From the NCBI GenBank assembly GCA_964016885.1, contig OZ024743.1, positions 186,434,001 through 186,498,000 on the forward strand: a stretch of 64,000 nucleotides of DNA. Direction: 5' to 3'. How positions within the stretch are numbered: position 1 is the stretch's first letter; each line of letters begins with the position of its first letter. The position numbers and the translations under genes were made by a program. This DNA is from Eledone cirrhosa (lineage: Eukaryota). Positions 59,401 to 64,000 of the stretch are shown piece after piece. The notes below the pieces were generated by a model. That model ran no database searches. It saw only the letters and a list, made by a program, of their open reading frames with translations, and was not told the DNA's origin.

Positions 59401-61499
59401 ACAGTAATAATTGATGGCAGTGTTTCACTCGTAGATCAGCTCTGACTACTATATCTATAACATAGTATAACAGTAATAATTGATGGTAGTGTTTCACTCC
59501 TAAGTCAGCTCTACACAGTATAACACTAATAATTGATGGTAGTGTTTCACTCCTAAGTCAGCTCTGACTACTATATCTATAACATAGTATAATAATAATA
59601 ACTGATGGTAGTGTTTCACTCCTAGGTCAGCTCTAACTACTATATCTATAACATAGTATAACAGTAATAATTGATGGTAGTGTTTCACTCCTAAGTCAGC
59701 TCTAACTACTATATCAATAACACAGTATAACAGGAATAATTGATGGTAGTGTTTCACTCGTAGATCAGCTCTGACTACTATATCTATAACATAGTATAAC
59801 AGTAATAATTGATGGTAGTGTTTCACTCCTAAGTAAGCTCTAACTACTATATCAATAACACAGTATAACAGGAATAATTGATGGTAGTGTTTCACTCCTA
59901 GGTCAGCTCTAACTACTATATCTATAACATAGTATAACAGTAATAACTGATGGTAGTGTTTCACTCCTAGGCCAGCTCTAACTTGTATATATATAACATA
60001 GTATAACAGTAATAACTGATGGTAGTGTTTCACTCCTAGGTCAGCGCTGACTACTTTATCTATAACATAGTATAACAGTAATAATTGATGGTAGTGTTAC
60101 ACTCCTAGGTCACCTCTAACTACTATATCTATAACATAGTATAATACTAATAATTGATGGTAGTGTTTCACTCCTAGGTCAGCTCCGACTACTATATCTA
60201 TAACATAGTATAACAGTAATAATTGATGGTAGTGTTTAACTCCTAAGTCAGCTCTGACTACTATATCTATAACATAGTATAACAGTAATAATTGATGGTA
60301 GTGTTTCACTCCTAGCTCAGCTCTAACTACTATTCTATAACTTAATATAACAGTAATAACTGATGGTAATGATACACTCCTAAGTCAGCTCTAACTACTA
60401 TATCTATAACATAGTATAACAGTAATAATTGATGGTAGTGTTTCACTCCTAGGTCAGCTCTAACTACTATATCAATAACATAGTATAACAGTAATTACTG
60501 ATGGTAGTGTTACACTCCTAAGTCAGCTCTAACTACTATATTTATAACATAGTATAACAGTAATAATTGATGGTAGTGTTACACTCCTAAGTCAGCTCTA
60601 ACTACTATATCTATAACATAGTATAACAGTAATAAATGATGGTATTGTTTCACTCCTAGGTCAGCTCTAACTACAATATCTATAACATAGTATAACAGAA
60701 ATAATTGATGGTAGTGTTTCACTCCTAAGTCAGCTCTAACTACTATATCTATAACATAGTATAACAGTAATAACTGATGGTAGTGTTTCACTCCTAGGTC
60801 ACCTTTAACTACTATATCTATAACATAGTATAACAGTAATAATTGATGGTAGGGTTTCATTCCTAAGTCAGCTCTGACTACTATATCTATAACATAGTAT
60901 AACAGTAATAATTGATGGTAGTGTTTCACTCCTAGGTCTGCTCTAACTACTATATCTATAACATAGTATAACAGTAATAATTGATGGTAGTGTTTCACTC
61001 CTAGGTCAGCTCTAACTACTATATCTATAACATAGTATAACAGTAATAACTGATGGTAGTGTTACACTCCTAAGTCAGCTCTGATTACTATATCTATAAC
61101 ATAGTATAACAGTAATAACTGATGGTAGTGTTTCACTCCTAGGTCAGCTCTAACTACTATATCTATAACGTAGTATAACAGTAATAATTGATATGTAGTG
61201 TTTCACTCCTAGGTCAGCTCTAACTTCTATATCTATAACATAGTATAACAGTAATAATTGATGGTAGTGTTTCACTCGCAGGTCAGCTCTGACTACTTTC
61301 TCTATAACATAGTATAACCGTAATAATTGATGGTAGTGTTACACTCCTAAGTCAGCTCTGACTATTATATCTATAACATAGTATAACAGTAATAATTGAT
61401 GGTAGTGTTTCACTCCTAAGTCAACTCTGACTACTATATCTATAACATAGTATAACAGTAATAATTGATGGTAGTGTTTCACTCCTCGGTCAGCTGTGA

Positions 61500-64000
61500 C
61501 TACTATATCTATAACATAGTATAACAGTAATAATTGATGGTAGTGTTTCACTCCTAACTAAGCTCTGACTACTATATCTATAACATAGTATATCAGTAAT
61601 AACTGATGGTAGTGTTTCACCCCTAAATCAGCGCTAACTACTATATCTATAACATAGTATAACAGTAATAATTTATGGTAGTGTTTCACTCCTAGGTCAG
61701 CTCTGACTACTATATCTATAACATAGTATAACAGTAATAATTGATGGTAGTGTTTCACTCCTAAGCCAGCTCTAACTACTATAACTATAACATAGTATAA
61801 CAGTAATAATTGATGGTAGTGTGTCACTCCTAGGTCAGCTCTAACTACTATATCAATAACACAGTATAACAGGAATAATTGATGGTAGTGTCTCACTTCT
61901 AGGTCAGCTCTAACTACTATATCTATAACATAGTATAACAGTAATAACTGATGGTAGTGTTTCACTCCTAGGCCAGCTCTAACTTGTATATATATAACAT
62001 AGTATAACAGTAATAACTGATGGTAGTGTTTCACTCCTATGTCAGCTCTGACTACTATATCTATAACATAGTATAACAGTAATAATTGATGGTAGTGTTA
62101 CACTCCTAGGTCACCTCTAACTACTATATCTATAACATAGTATAATGCTAATAATTGATGTTAGTGTTTCCACCTAGGTCAGCTCCGACTACTATATCTA
62201 TAACATAGTATAACAGTAATAATTGATGGTAGTGTTTAACTCCTAAGTCAGCTCTGACTACTATATCTATAACATAGTATAACAGTAATAATTGACGGTA
62301 GTGTTTCACTCCTAGCTCAGCTCTAACTACTATTCTATAACTTAATATAACAGTAATAACTGATGGTAATGTTACACTCCTAAGTCAGCTCTAACTACTA
62401 TATCTATAACATAGTATAACAGTAATAATTGATGGTAGTGTTTCACTCCTAGGTCAGCTCTAACTACTATATTTATAACATAGTATAACAGTAATAATTG
62501 ATGGTAGTTTTACACTCCTAAGTCAGCTCTAACTATTATATCTGTAACATAGTATAACAGTAATAATTGATGGAAGTGTTTCACTCCTAGGTCAGCTCTA
62601 ACTACAATATCTATAACATAGTATAACAGTAATAATTGATGGTAGTGTTTCACTCCTAGGTCTGCTCTAACTACTATATCTATAACATAGTATAACAGTA
62701 ATAATTGATGGTAGTGTTTCACTCCTAGGTCAGCTCTAACTACTATATCTATAACATAGTATAACAGTAATAACTGATGGTAGTGTTACACTCCTAAGTC
62801 AGCCCTGACTACTATATCTATAACATAGTATAACAGTAATAACTGATGGTAGTCTTTCACTCCTAGGTCAGCACTAACTACTATATCTATAACATAGTAT
62901 AACAGTAATAACTGATGGTAGTGTTTCACTCCTAAGTCAGCTCTAACTACTATATCTATAACATAGTATAACGGTAATAATTGATGGTAGTGTTGCACTC
63001 CTAAGTCAGCTCTAACTACTATATCTATAACATAGTATAACAGTAATAATTGATGGTAGTGTTTCACTCCTAGGTCAGCTCTAACTACTATATCTATAAC
63101 ATAGTACAACGGTAATAATTGATGGTAGTGTTTCACTCCTAAGTCAGCTCTAACTACTATATCTATAACATAGTATAACAGTAATAATTGATGGTAGTTT
63201 TACACTCCTAAGTCAGCTCTGACTATTATATCTATAACATAGTATAACAGTAATAATTGATGGTAGTGTTTCACTCCTAGATCAGCTCTAACTACTACAT
63301 CTATAACATAGTATAACAGTAATAATTGATGGTAGTGTTTCACTCCTAAGTCAACTCTGACTACTATATCTATAACATAGTATAACAGTAATAATTGATG
63401 GTAGTGTTTCACTCCTAACTAAGCTCTGACTACTATATCTATAACATAGTATATCAGTAATAACTGATGGTAGTGTTTCACCCCTAAATCAGCGCTAACT
63501 ACTATATCTATAACATAGTATAACAGTAATAATTGATGGTAGTGTTTCACTCCTAGGTCAGCTCTGACTACTATATCTATAACATAGTATAACAGTAATA
63601 ATTGATGGTAGTGTTTCACTCCTAAGCCAGCTCTAACTACTATAACTATAACATAGTATAACAGTAATAATTGATGGTAGTGTGTCACTCCTAGGTCAGC
63701 TCTAACTACTATATCAATAACACAGTATAACAGGAATAATTGATGGTAGTGTCTCACTTCTAGGTCAGCTCTAACTACTATATCTATAACATAGTATAAC
63801 AGTAATAACTGATGGTAGTGTTTCACTCCTAGGCCAGCTCTAACTTGTATATATATAACATAGTATAACAGTAATAACTGATGGTAGTGTTTCACTCCTA
63901 TGTCAGCTCTGACTACTATATCTATAACATAGTATAACAGTAATAATTGATGGTAGTGTTACACTCCTAGGTCACCTCTAACTACTATATCTATAACATA
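61500..64000. repeat. Higher-order duplication at 1861-bp (27-monomer) offset, second copy truncated by the window end
   Basis: ORFs 61558..62034 and 63419..63895 are nearly identical. Private variants TATATCAG, AAGCCAGC..TATAACTATA, GTCTCAC and CCTATGTC are shared. Offset 1861 = 27x69-2. Confidence 0.85.

Larger units (their letters stand above)
1..64000. repeat. 69-bp tandem satellite array, about 928 monomers, head-to-tail, extending beyond both window ends
   Basis: GATGG monomer starts recur every 69 bp (1, 70, 139 ... 4831, 9661). The last start is at 63949, which is 927 monomers with a net -15 bp. My tally of 33 indel-bearing monomers also sums to -15. Most monomers differ from consensus by only a few substitutions. 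The consensus has 21/69 G+C. No non-monomer sequence or inversion was seen. Confidence 0.99.

Noticed and set aside
362-63895. The minus-strand ORFs in the track as real CDSs
   Set aside because: All are the same frame of the monomer. Most listed starts are GTG or other alternative codons that simply follow an upstream stop or frameshift, and the ends are sporadic stop variants. There are no unique terminal domains, and stops and frameshifts are copied freely.
1-64000. tRNA, 5S, snRNA or spliced-leader tandem gene array; telomeric repeat; integron attC or iteron array
   Set aside because: I see no cloverleaf, Pol III A/B boxes, T-run terminator or G-rich telomere motif. There are no cassette ORFs between units and no recombinase or Rep gene.
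1-64000. The whole array as a sequencing concatemer, rolling-circle artefact or synthetic construct
   Set aside because: Monomers carry hierarchical shared variants and nested duplications of differing divergence, which fits an evolved genomic array. Copy number of individual near-identical blocks could still be mis-assembled.

Overview
The whole 64 kb window is one uninterrupted head-to-tail tandem array of a 69-bp, about 30% GC monomer. The + strand consensus is GATGGTAGTGTTTCACTCCTA(A/G)GTCAGCTCT(A/G)ACTACTATATCTATAACATAGTATAACAGTAATAATT. There are 927 complete monomers plus a partial 928th, all in one orientation, running off both ends. I see no unique sequence, transposon, RNA gene or credible gene, so it reads as satellite DNA, probably eukaryotic; the host cannot be determined here. 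Every ORF in the track is the one stop-free frame of the monomer (minus strand, VKHYHQLLLLYYVIDIVVRADLG), cut by a recurrent TAA variant and by frameshifts. Diagnostic substitutions reveal nested higher-order duplications of 3 to about 77 monomers, three variant-defined zones, and a diverged paralogy between about 25.5 kb and about 60.3 kb. The most interesting and most speculative observation is that + frame 1 of the monomer (LSQL*LLYL*H-SITVIIDGSVSL) fits the hydrophobic template of a 24-aa typical leucine-rich repeat missing one codon, so the satellite may derive from an LRR coding unit. I found no firm evidence for a new functional system.
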